Shown here one piece after another: positions 24,701 to 35,638 of a stretch of 64,000 nt of DNA. Position 1 is the stretch's first letter. Every line of letters begins with the position of its first letter. Source of the stretch: Eledone cirrhosa (taxonomy: Eukaryota); the NCBI GenBank assembly GCA_964016885.1, contig OZ024742.1, positions 297,662,001 through 297,726,000 on the forward strand, in the 5' to 3' direction. A model generated the notes under the pieces. The model saw only the letters and a list, made by a program, of their open reading frames with translations. It had not been told where the DNA came from and made no database searches. A program made the position numbers and the translations under genes.

Positions 24701-26668
24701 AAATTTGGATTTAAAACCTATAATAACCCTCCGTGGAACCCAGCATTGCTACCCTTCGAAAATGATGTCTTGGAACTCATTCGGAGTATCAAATTTCGGA
24801 ATAGGAGCAATTCCTTCCAGCAAGACCTGAAGAATAGAATTCGTTCTATTAAAGATTCTAACGCCGTGCACGTCCATCCCGACAAAACTGGCAACCTATA
24901 TCAAGTGGAGCGAAGTACTTACCATCAACTACTACATAATGCTGTAACTAAGGATTACCGTAAAACTAATCGGTGTGTCATCAATGAAATCAACGATGGT
25001 GGGTTTAAAATCACATCTGATCTCAACATCCTGGACCGGACCGAACCTCTGGACCCTATCTCTCCCCACTTTGCCCTGAAGGATCACAAATCCAATTTTC
25101 CGAACAACCCCTCTATTCGGCTTATTAACCCTACGAAGTCCGATTTAGGTAGACTTAGTAAAACGATTCTTGATAGAATTATACCTGAAATTAGAAGTTT
25201 GGCCCCTCTCGCACTGTGGAACAATTCTTTCGCGGTGATTGATTGGTTCAACGGCATATGTAACAAGGAACATTGCCGTTTTATCCAATTCGACATCAAC
25301 AATTACTACTCCTCCATCACTTTACCACTTCTCCTTAGAGCTATCAATTTCGCTAAAACACTCACAATGGTTAAGGATTTCGAAGTTGATGTCATCCTTA
25401 ATGCCCGAAAGTCGGTGATTAATTTCGACGACTCTATTTGGATTAAAAAATCCAATAGTACCCCATTCGACGTGAGTATGGGCGCCAGTGACTCTGCGGA
25501 GGTTACTGATCTTATTGGCCTTTTCCTTCTTTTCTCTATCAAGGACGTATTCCCCAACGCGGGCGGTGGTTTGTACCGTGACGATGGTCTTTTGACCATG
25601 ACTAAGAGCGGACCTCGTGCTTGCGACAGGTTCAGAAAAGAACTCACAGCCTTCTTTAAAGGCTTCAACCTCTCTATACAGGTTGAGGCCAATCTCTCGG
25701 TCGTTAATTACCTCGACGTTACCCTCAATTTATTGAATGGGTTGTATTACCCGTATAGAAAGCCGAATGATACGCTTAATTACATAAGTAAGCATTCCAA
25801 CCATCCTGCCAGCATAACCAAGAACCTGGTAAAAAACGTTTCGTTGAGACTTTCCCGTCTTTCCACCAACGAGCGTATTTTCAACGACCATTCCACTTAT
25901 TACAATGAAGCTCTTGCTCGAAGTGGATTTGTCGATAAGGTAGCATATACAGAGTACGAAAATAGACCTAGAAGAAATAGATCCCGTCGCATTTGTTGGT
26001 TTAACCCACCATATAATATGGAGGTGGCCACACCATTAGCTAAGATCTTTCTTTCCCTTATTACGAAGCATTTTCCCCCTACACATAAATATAGTAAAAA
26101 TTTTAATAGAAATACTATTAAAATTTCTCACTCTACGACTCCTAACCTTGCACATAACATCACAGCTTCAAATTTAGCTAAACTACCTAGCCGTAGGAAC
26201 ACGTGCAACCCTGTAGTTAGTACTAACTGTAATTGTAGGAATCGGGCTGATTGCCCCCTATCCGGGAAATGCCTCTCTAGTAACATTGTCTACAAATGTA
26301 AGGTTGTAACACCCACGTCCCGTAGGGCCTACATAGGGTTAACCGCCAATAGTTTCAAGCAGCGTCTTTACATGCATACCCATTCTTTTCGTTACCCTCT
26401 AAGAAGGAATATGACGTCACTTTCAGCTTATATCTGGAGTCTAAAAGACAACCACACCCAATATAAGTTACACTGGGAGATCCTAGCTAGGGCTAGATCG
26501 TATAACGGAAATAAAAGACCATGTGACCTCTGCGCCGCTGAGGCCCTGGAAATACTCTACGCCACAGACCACATCTTAAACAAAAAATCTGAGGCAATTT
26601 CGGCTTGTAAACATAAATTGCACAAAACTTTCCTGTATTACAGCCCCACGTTATACCCTAACGGATAG
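24701..26668 (+). CDS. PLE reverse transcriptase-GIY-YIG endonuclease (Naiad-like), N-terminus missing
   Basis: The frame is open from 24698 ([22 protein letters not shown]..., no ATG start). Motifs: [64 protein letters not shown], Cys linker [19 protein letters not shown]...YIGLT...FKQR...H, C-terminal CDLC...E...LN. Confidence 0.93.
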   Translation, partial: KFGFKTYNNPPWNPALLPFENDVLELIRSIKFRNRSNSFQQDLKNRIRSIKDSNAVHVHPDKTGNLYQVERSTYHQLLHNAVTKDYRKTNRCVINEINDGGFKITSDLNILDRTEPLDPISPHFALKDHKSNFPNNPSIRLINPTKSDLGRLSKTILDRIIPEIRSLAPLALWNNSFAVIDWFNGICNKEHCRFIQFDINNYYSSITLPLLLRAINFAKTLTMVKDFEVDVILNARKSVINFDDSIWIKKSNSTPFDVSMGASDSAEVTDLIGLFLLFSIKDVFPNAGGGLYRDDGLLTMTKSGPRACDRFRKELTAFFKGFNLSIQVEANLSVVNYLDVTLNLLNGLYYPYRKPNDTLNYISKHSNHPASITKNLVKNVSLRLSRLSTNERIFNDHSTYYNEALARSGFVDKVAYTEYENRPRRNRSRRICWFNPPYNMEVATPLAKIFLSLITKHFPPTHKYSKNFNRNTIKISHSTTPNLAHNITASNLAKLPSRRNTCNPVVSTNCNCRNRADCPLSGKCLSSNIVYKCKVVTPTSRRAYIGLTANSFKQRLYMHTHSFRYPLRRNMTSLSAYIWSLKDNHTQYKLHWEILARARSYNGNKRPCDLCAAEALEILYATDHILNKKSEAISACKHKLHKTFLYYSPTLYPNG

Positions 26669-27596
26669 CACGATCTATACGTGGATATTTTACGTCTTGA
26701 TGTGGGAGCTAAGTATATGTTTTGTTTATTCCTTTACTTATTTGCATAGGTAAGTATATATTACCCGTATGTTTTGTGAAGGTATGTATACCTTCTCGTA
26801 TGTATATTTGACTGTTATGGCGTATAATTTTTACATATTCTGGCATTTAGGGTTTGGCTATGTGTATACGGGAGTTTTGCGTCTGCGTGAGTATGCAGGT
26901 TCGTACGTATGGTGGGTGTGTGTATATGTGTACTTCTTGTTTTAGTTGACTTACGTCTCCGAACATTCGTGTATTTATTTGTAAGTATGTGTGTGCGCTT
27001 GTTATATACGTATTTATTTACTTATATACGTTTATATAATTATTTATTTATTTGTACACAAGCATACACACACATATTTATATGTGCGTGGTTTTGTATA
27101 CCTATGGTAAGGTTTTGCTGATGCTTGTGTATGTACGTCTCTGTTTGCGTGTATGTATTTATTTGTTTCTATTACTTCTGTATTGTATTTATTTACTTTG
27201 TTCTTAACCCTGTAGCGGAGATTCATTTGGTCTCCTAATTAGAATTTTAGTCTACAACTTCTGCTATACCATTTACGTGGTTTTGTCTTTGCGTGCTATT
27301 GTTCTCCACGCTCCACATATGACTTATTATCTTCGTTTTTTCGTTCATTGCCAGAGAACGTCTCTATGCACCACCTAAGAGAACATTAGTCTACGACCTC
27401 TTTTATACCATAAACGTGGTTCTGTCTTTGCGCGTAATGGTTTTTCACCGCTCCTATTAATGACGTATTATTCGTTTTTTCCCGTTCTTTGCCAGCGAAC
27501 GTTACCACGAACCAAAGTATCGTCTTCCTGTCTTCCTCCGGTTGGTTGCAACGTTTTTTGAAATATCCAGTTCTGCGTTTACAGATTGACTTTGTT

Positions 27597-27647
27597 AGCT
27601 TCAGAAGATCCCGTTAAGGGTGAAAGCAGCGATTCTTTGCTTAAACT
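27597..27647 (+). ncRNA. Hammerhead-like fold with variant core CAGAAGA (HHR family 3, PLE 3' end)
   Basis: AGCUU-CAGAAGA-U-CCC-GUUAA-GGG-U-GAAA-GCAG-CGAUUCU-UUGC-UU^AAACU; a partial third copy at ~27820-27860 lacks the 5' core. Confidence 0.65.
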
Positions 27648-27680
27648 TTAATCTGTTATTTTAATAAATAAATATATTTA

Positions 27681-27771
<91 letters not shown>

Positions 27772-27929
27772 CCACAAATACGTATATAACATAAGTTGAA
27801 AAATATATTATATATATTTCACCGTTAAGGGTGAAAGCAGCGATTCTTTGCTTAAACTTTAATCTGTTATTTTAATAAATATATATACATATATATATAT
27901 ACATGGACGTTAAACGATGATGATGATAT

Positions 27930-27960
<31 letters not shown>

Positions 27961-28004
27961 CATAATATACATAATATACATATATATACATATATATATA
28001 TATG

Positions 28005-28064
<60 letters not shown>

Positions 28065-28096
28065 AACGTGGAAGATGGACATTAAACGATGATGAT

Positions 28097-28625
<529 letters not shown>

Positions 28626-28670
28626 TGTGTGTGTGTGTATATTATGTATATTATGTATATATATATATAT

Positions 28671-28998
28671 GGAGGCACATGGCTTAGTGGTTAGAGCATT
28701 GGCCTTGCAATCGAAAGGTTGTGAGTTCAATCCTCAGACCAGGTGATGTGTTGTTTCCTTGAGCAAGGCACTTTATTTCACATTGCTCCAGTTTACTCAG
28801 CTGTAGAAATGAGATTATAGGGACTGCATAATGGTCGTGGAGGTGCCACGGCAAAAAAGCACCCAGCACTCACTGTAAATGAGGTTGGTGTTAGGAAGGG
28901 CATCCAGCTGTAGAAATCAAGCCAGAATCAGTTCCCGTCCCACCCTTGCAAGCAGGGAAAAGTGGACGTAAAATGAAATGATGATGATGATGATGATG
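28671..28998 (+). mobile_element. tRNA-head SINE with CORE-like body and RTE-derived tail (family B)
   Basis: A-box TGGCTTAGTGG, B-box GAGTTCAATCC, CORE-like ccttgagcaaggcactttatttcacattgctcc; 28831-28925 closely matches the RTE 3' UTR at 16631-16775; (GAT)n tail. Confidence 0.9.
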
Positions 28999-31646
28999 TT
29001 ATATATATGTGTGTGTGTGTGTTGGTGTGTGTGTGTGTGTATATGAGGGGGAAATATTATGAAAAAGTCATTAATTCTCTTGTATGAAGGAAGATATTTC
29101 ATGGTCTAATGTATCATATGGTTAACTGTTACTAATAAAACCATAAAACCATGACTTTATATATAAAGAAAAGCAATCCATAAAATTGTACATTTTGCTG
29201 CTTGTAATAACTCAAAATTAATCGAATAGTTTCTTTTTCTCTGTATTTATAACATATTTACATCTAATGTTAGAGTTTTGTATTAATGTAGACAAAATAC
29301 TTAGTAAAGAACTTCCGTTGACAGACTTTTGGAATAGTGAATTAAGTAGAGTTATGTATTTGGGTTTATTCTGTCTTTTGTTTTTACATTTTTTTTTTAT
29401 CAGCAGAATCATTGCTATAATTTTTTTGAATGAGTATAAGAGTCTTTTGTTTAACATAATTAGTTAATACACTTTGTCGTTCAGTGCTATTTCCAGCCTC
29501 ATAAAACAGCATGTATTTTTAATGATTAAAACAAAATGATTGAAACACATAACTTTGCCAAATAAGCACCACAGACAAATTTACATCTATTCACTGGTCT
29601 AGACAATTGTTTCAAATTCATTTATTCAGTTATTTAATGGAAACCAACCATAATGATCAATTTTACTTGGGTGTCATCTGCTCTTTTTTCTCCTTCTGTT
29701 TTTCATAAAAAATAAATATTTAACAAATGTAGATGAAGCTGAATAAACCACTACCAGAAAGAATTATATTACCATCAGCTGACAATGAGCAGCTTAGGAA
29801 CATCTAAGAAAACTCAGGAGCAACAAACAGAACATCTAATCAGATCAGATGAAGATCAATTTAACTTGTAACCAAGTAATATTAATAAAACAAATGAAAA
29901 GTAACCTCAGAATTTTTTTCTTTCTTTATTATTTGTTTTTTTTCTGTAATTCTTCTCAATGACAATGGAATTACTGCTAATGTGATCACATTTAACTAGA
30001 CTTTTTCTCTTCTATCTGTGTGTTAAATCAAGAAAAGTCAACCAAGAAGAAAATGAAAAGTGAAATGAGAAAAAAACAAGGAAAATTTAAGAGGAAACCA
30101 CTCTGCTTCACAAATGCTTGAAGTCAAAGAACACAAATGCATTAATTAGCCAAGATTGAGTGCTTTGTGAACTACAGGAAGAATTTGTCAAAAATCTCCA
30201 CCAAGAACCAACAATTTTTCTCCAAGGAGTTACTCATTGTCCATGACATCCTGAAGTGTGTGATTTAAAGTTTCAAGATGATCTCAGTGACAAAATGGAG
30301 ATTCATCTCATACCAACAGCAGAGGATCATATAAAAGATATCTGGTTGCATCATTAGGTGAGAAGACATGACACATTCAAATTGATGTTACCAGAATGGG
30401 GAACTACAAATGGGAAGCAGCTGTGTAGCTGAGCTTTAGAAGTGTCATTGTGATACCAGAGGAATCTGTAGTGAGAGCGATTCCAATTGTTTTGCAAATA
30501 TAAGACAGCAGTAAGTTTAACAGGAAAGTCTTACTTTTTCTCCTGGAGCATCATTGCGAATGAAAACTAGTTATCTTTTTTGTTATAGTATATGACTTAG
30601 TATACATACTTTATTCTGAATGTTCAATAATTAACTAAAATTTTAGTTTGTTTTGATTTAAGCACCTGTCATACTATTTTTGGTACCCTAATATTCTAAT
30701 CCAGGAATGTAAGTGATGATTGCAACAGAGGAGTTCAAGGGAAATTCAGCTTATAGATTGTAGCTTTAATTCCTTCATTTTTATAATAAATTCCTGCACA
30801 GAGTTTGTGCCTGAGGCAGCAAATTAGGTCTGATGTACATATGATATACTAACAAATACAAGTCTATTTTCCCTGTTACAGAAAAGGGCTATCCTTTCAG
30901 AACCTCATTATATGGGATCTTTTTGAGGCAGTGTTTTACAGTCAGATGCTTTTCCTGGCATCAGATATGCAAGGATATGATACACCTATTCTAAACCAGA
31001 TACACACAGTTAATACTTACAAATAACAAAACAAAATAAAAGGAAAAAATAACTTGAAGTAGGCCCATGTCAATTGTTCCTGGCCTAACTATATAACAAG
31101 GAAAACAATAAACTTGAAATATACCAAAAATAAACATACATTAAAGGCATTTCAGTAGGCCATGGTACCATTATAACTGTTCAGTGCATGTGAATAGTTT
31201 ATGCAGTATAAAAGAATCCATATGTTCATGTAGAAGATTCTAATTAATGAAAGAAGACTGAGTGCATTATCTATATTCATTATAATGTAAGGAAGAAAAA
31301 GAAATCAATAATAGAACATACTTTAAACTTCATCAGAGATAAATCAATAGAGAAAAAGAACAACAGTTGTTTGTTGCCCATAGGAAAATCCCAATATCTG
31401 TGTTTATAGCAGGATTATTCTCTAAGGGAAACTTATCAATACATTTATAGAATAGATTGAGGAAAATATTTGTTTCACTATCTAGTAATAATTGATTGGT
31501 CCTTTAGAGCTAGACGGTTCTGTTTATTGACTTTCCTGCAAAATGTAACCCGCAAATGAATGACGCCAAATGTTTGAACTTTCTTTAACCAACTTTTTTT
31601 TATTATTTTTTAAGCTGTCTATTCCAACTAGTTTTACCAACATTTC

Positions 31647-31870
31647 TTAACCCTTTTGATACCAAATTGCCTGAAACTGCTCCCGTTTCAATGATACAAA
31701 ACTGGCTATTTCAAAGTGTTTATAATTATTTAAAAATCTCCCATCATAATTTTATGTAAGAACTTTTGTTAAGTTATGTTCCAAACACTAGCTTAATAAT
31801 GAGAAAGTTATATTAATGAATCATCCAAATTTTTTATTATTTTCAAAATTATTTGAAAATTATAGGGAGC
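31647..31870. mobile_element. TTAA-type MITE fragment interrupted by the Helitron-like element
   Basis: Starts ttaacccttttgataccaaattgcctgaaa, which matches the reverse complement of the 10705-10732 end; also related to 4921-5080. Confidence 0.55.
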
Positions 31871-31878
31871 ATCTTTCA

Positions 31879-33223
31879 TCTACTATATAAATGGCAATTT
31901 CTGTCTGTATCTGTGTAATCTGTGTATAACCTGTTGGCGCCTACACCAGTGATTCAATCATGATGAAACTTTACACACATGTTAAGCTAATATTCAGAAA
32001 AAGGACTGGCTAATTGGATTTCAATGAAAATCAATAATGGAACCCCTGAGGAAATCTTTACAATGGAGGAGGAAAGAGAAGACGTTTCAGTGAGAGAGGG
32101 GGAAGAGCAGATACTACTACTGTATGTTAAAGACAACAATTTAATTTCGGTTGACGACTGAACTGTCTGTGTATAGATATATTACATCCACTGATATGGA
32201 TTCTGAATATGTACACATGCTTAGGTCACATTAAGGTCAACTGCAGGAATCGGTGATAAGTTACAAAAAAGTGTGATGATCAATGACGTGGAAGTTGGCT
32301 TACCATGAGATTAGTCAGAAGAATAAAACCCAAATTGTATGTTGACGAATATTTGTACTCCCAGCATGTTAATTGTAACATATCATCTTTGAGAGTACAG
32401 TTTATTTTGTCGATATTTCAAGGTGTTGGATCGTGGGAAGATTCACACGAATTAAGAAGATGTAAATTGTGGATTGGCAGTATTGGTAGAGGGTCGGACG
32501 CCATGCTTTGACGTATAGAGTTACGGCCCTTGCTATTCTGAGTTCAAATCCCGCCGTGGTTAACTTTGCCTTTCATCCTTACGGGTTCAATAAAATAAAG
32601 TACCAGTAATGCACTGGGTAATTGCTGCCCTTGTGCCTAACGTAGAAACAATTATTGACACTTTGCAATAGTAAATGTTACAAGGCCCTCTTTAGAGCCA
32701 ACACTTCTGATTGTTTATCCGACTTATTATGGTGTGTTTTCTCGGGTTATGTCTACTATGGGGGGGGAACAGGATAGTTTTATTGAATTGCTTCAGTCAT
32801 TCGAAGGGCTTTACAAACGGTGATATACAGGGTGTTTGAACAGTACCTGAATATGGTCACTCAGTTATAATTTCTCCAATAATTGCGATGACTTCCTCAG
32901 TTGTTCTGTGTTTGTTCTTGAGTGCTAAAGCAGTAAGTTTACTATTCTTATACATAAGTTTGTTGAATAAGTTCGATACTCTTTGAGCTCAAACTTCCCC
33001 GGCTTATTCACTCTGAATGAAGAAAGCTGGATGGAAGAAGGATTTATGTCTTAAACAGCTATTAATAGTTCCACACAAAAAATTGATCTGCCATAAACAC
33101 ACCTAGCAAAGGTTGCTATTGAAAATCCAGCACGGGCACCCAGGTTGCTAGCATTTTTCAGGCGCACCCTGGGAACTGCGAATAACGCCACCTTTCTTGG
33201 GTATTACTGGGTACTGCAGCTAG
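31879..33223 (+). mobile_element. Probable non-autonomous Helitron-like element
   Basis: 5' A|TCTACTATATAAA followed by (TCTG)-like repeats; 3' ...gggtattactgggtactgcagCTAG; no TSD. The subterminal hairpin is degenerate and the base after CTAG is C rather than T. Confidence 0.55.
32468..32656 (+). mobile_element. tRNA-derived SINE (family A) nested in the Helitron-like element
   Basis: TGGCAGTATTGG A-box, GAGTTCAAATCC B-box, central gcctttcatccttacgggttcaataaaataaagtaccag, tail gtagaaacaattatt. Confidence 0.88.
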
Positions 33224-33682
33224 CTAAAAATATGACAACAAATGATTTAATTTTTTAAACTTCTTACAGATTCATAAGCAGCAAATCAACAGTTAGAGTG
33301 TAGATCAAAATAACCTCCAGTATGTTCTCCATTTATTTTTAATTATTTATTTAAACTGGTTTCACTAGTTTCTCTTAGGTAGCAAATCAGCAGAATTGAT
33401 AGAATTTAGGACAAAATGCCTTGTGGTATTTGTTCCAGCTCTCCGCTCTGACTAGAAATCTTTTTATGGGCTATATGGTTTCCATCATTCTGGGGACAAT
33501 AGACTAAAATTCCAGTTTAGGGCAATTGTTAAAGCATTCAACACGATGGTTTGAAGTATTTGATCCGGCTCTTTGCATTCTGAGTTCACATCCTACTGTG
33601 GTTTACTTGGGTGGTAAACTTAATTTGTTCCTTGTTTTAGCACTACTGCCTTAACCTTGATTGCCTTTAGCAGAATCAACTC

Positions 33683-34294
33683 TGTCATAATATAATTGTT
33701 TCTAATTTTTTACACAAGGCCAGCAATTATCCCAGTGCAATACTGGTGCTTTATTATATCGACCCGTAAGGATGAAAGAAAAAGTTAACCTCGACAGGAT
33801 TTGAACTCAGAACGTAAAGGACCATAACTCTATGCTGCAAAGCATGGTGTCTAATGCTCTACCAATACTGCCAATTTATCCTGTTTTAATATAATGTTTC
33901 TACTTTAAACATTTTTTTTTTTTACTTTTATTACCTGTCAAAATATAATTGTTTCTACTTTTGGCACAAGACCAGCAATTATCTCAGTGAATAACTGGTA
34001 CTTTATTTATCGACCCTGTAAGAATGAAAGGTAAAGTTAACCTCGGCGGAATTTGAACTCAGAGCGTAAAGGGATGTAACTCTATGCTGAAAAGCATGGC
34101 CTCCGATCCTCTACCGATACTGCCAATGTCATAATATAATTGTTTCTACTTTTGGCACAAGGCCAGTAATTACCCAGTGCATTACTGGTACTTTATTTTA
34201 TCGACCCCGTAAGGATGAAAGGCAAAGTCAACCTCGGCGGGATTTGAACTCAGATCGTAAAGGGACGTAACTATGCTGGATGTCATAATATAAT
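33683..34294 (-). mobile_element. Tandem array of three family A SINEs sharing a TGTCATAATATAAT junction
   Basis: Copies at ~33693-33880, 33945-34126 and 34136-34280 (last one 5'-truncated); TGTCA(T/A)AATATAAT precedes each copy and follows the last. Confidence 0.9.
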
Positions 34295-34895
34295 TTGTGC
34301 TAGTCAGATAAATCAAAAGTGCTTAAAGATACTGTATATTAAATTAGCAGCAAGAAAACTGTATACAAATAAGAATCTCTTTTCTATTTACTTTACATAA
34401 GTTTGACATAAAATTACTATGTAGGAAAAATCAAAGACAAAAATTCCAACATTAATTCCAATAAGATAAAGTAATTGTTTTGTTGTAAATATTAATGAAT
34501 GCTATGTGAAATGATAAATGCCTTTGTGAAAGCTTGATTCCTTTATATCAAATAACACACACTATTAATGTGCTGAAATAACCCATTATACAAGAATTAT
34601 TATTGGAAGGAAAGGTTTGTAGAGATATAATTCTAATTTGTGTAGATCAGAGAAGGAATTTTAGATCACTTTGATGTCTTAAGATTTTGTTTTTATAACC
34701 TGCTGTCACGTGATCAAAAGCTTCTGGGATACTCTTAATATATTCATAAGATGTACCCAATATTTGATGTGCAATGTGACAGGTTAAATGCATCCTACAA
34801 TAATGTATTAACTCTTTACATATAGTTAAAAGAGAATGTGTTAATGGATTGGCCAATCCCAATTTTCTAAGATTTGTTGAGTTCATTCTACAACT

Positions 34896-35638
34896 CTATA
34901 GCAAGTATTCAGGCCAGCTCTTCCCTTTGATGAGATCTTCTTCCTCCCACCAGTTTTGCTGACCTCGAAAAGGGTCACAGTCTAGGTTATTCCTTCTCTG
35001 ACTAAACTGTAAAAATGAACAACTAAAATAAAATTGAAAATGTTGAAATTCAAGCACATGGTCTCTACAGTCATAACAGCATTAGAAAATCAGGTACAAT
35101 ATGCTTAGCAACAGAAAATAAATGGCCAGCACCCACTACAATGAATTCTGACTAAGTACATTAACCATTATGCCAAATAGCAGCTGACAACATTTTCTCT
35201 CCCAAATAGAAAATATATATAATATCTTTTACAACTAGACCTGGAATTAAACAAATCTAATTGGGGCATTTATAGCCCATACCTTAGCAGTTGATGAAAA
35301 TGTGATCAATAAAATATGCACCAGACCTGAAAAATATATACTGGAGTTATCATAATAGATTCAATCAAGAAAGTGCTCCAGCATGGCCGCAGTCTAATGA
35401 GTGAAACTAGAAAAAGAATAAAAAGAATACATAAATGTATGTAAATACATGCTTTTCTTTATATACACAAATACAAAATATCAAAAGTAATATGTTCTAA
35501 TTCTTTACTTTGATCAGAGGAAGGTAAAAATTTATTAGAGGGAAACTCCAGTAGCCCTTATGGCTTATAATTGAATGTTCATGTTTTCTCTTTTTTTTTA
35601 AGTGAGAAGACTTTTTTCTGTCTCTGATTACTTTCTTT
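34896..35638 (-). other. Candidate two-exon 3' end of an unknown minus-strand gene
   Basis: Exon 35638-35509 (ttttctttcatttgcag| ... |gtaaag) splices in frame to exon 35006-34896 (gttcatttttacag|), giving ...HKGYWSFPLINFYLPLIK-FSQRRNNLDCDPFRGQQNWWEEEDLIKGKSWPEYLL*. No homology recognised. Confidence 0.25.

Larger units (their letters stand above)
24701..27680 (+). mobile_element. Penelope-like retroelement of Naiad type, 5'-truncated, inserted in (TA)n
   Basis: RT + C-terminal GIY-YIG ORF, ~1 kb 3' region with a ~139-bp tandem duplication (27247-27510), HHR-like fold at 27597-27647, AATAAA at ~27663, then (TA)n; higher GC/CpG content than the flanks. Confidence 0.92.

Noticed and set aside
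24746-26668. Selenoprotein version of Naiad (in-frame UGA plus SECIS)
   Set aside because: The ORF has no in-frame TGA, its Cys positions use normal codons, it ends in TAG, and I could not identify a SECIS by eye.
28671-28745. Genuine tRNA genes (also 32468-32556 and 62800-62870)
   Set aside because: A/B boxes are present, but there is no complete cloverleaf and each continues into a SINE body.
33683-34294. CRISPR-like repeat-spacer array
   Set aside because: The sequences between the short repeats are homologous SINE copies, not unique spacers; eukaryotic context and no cas genes.
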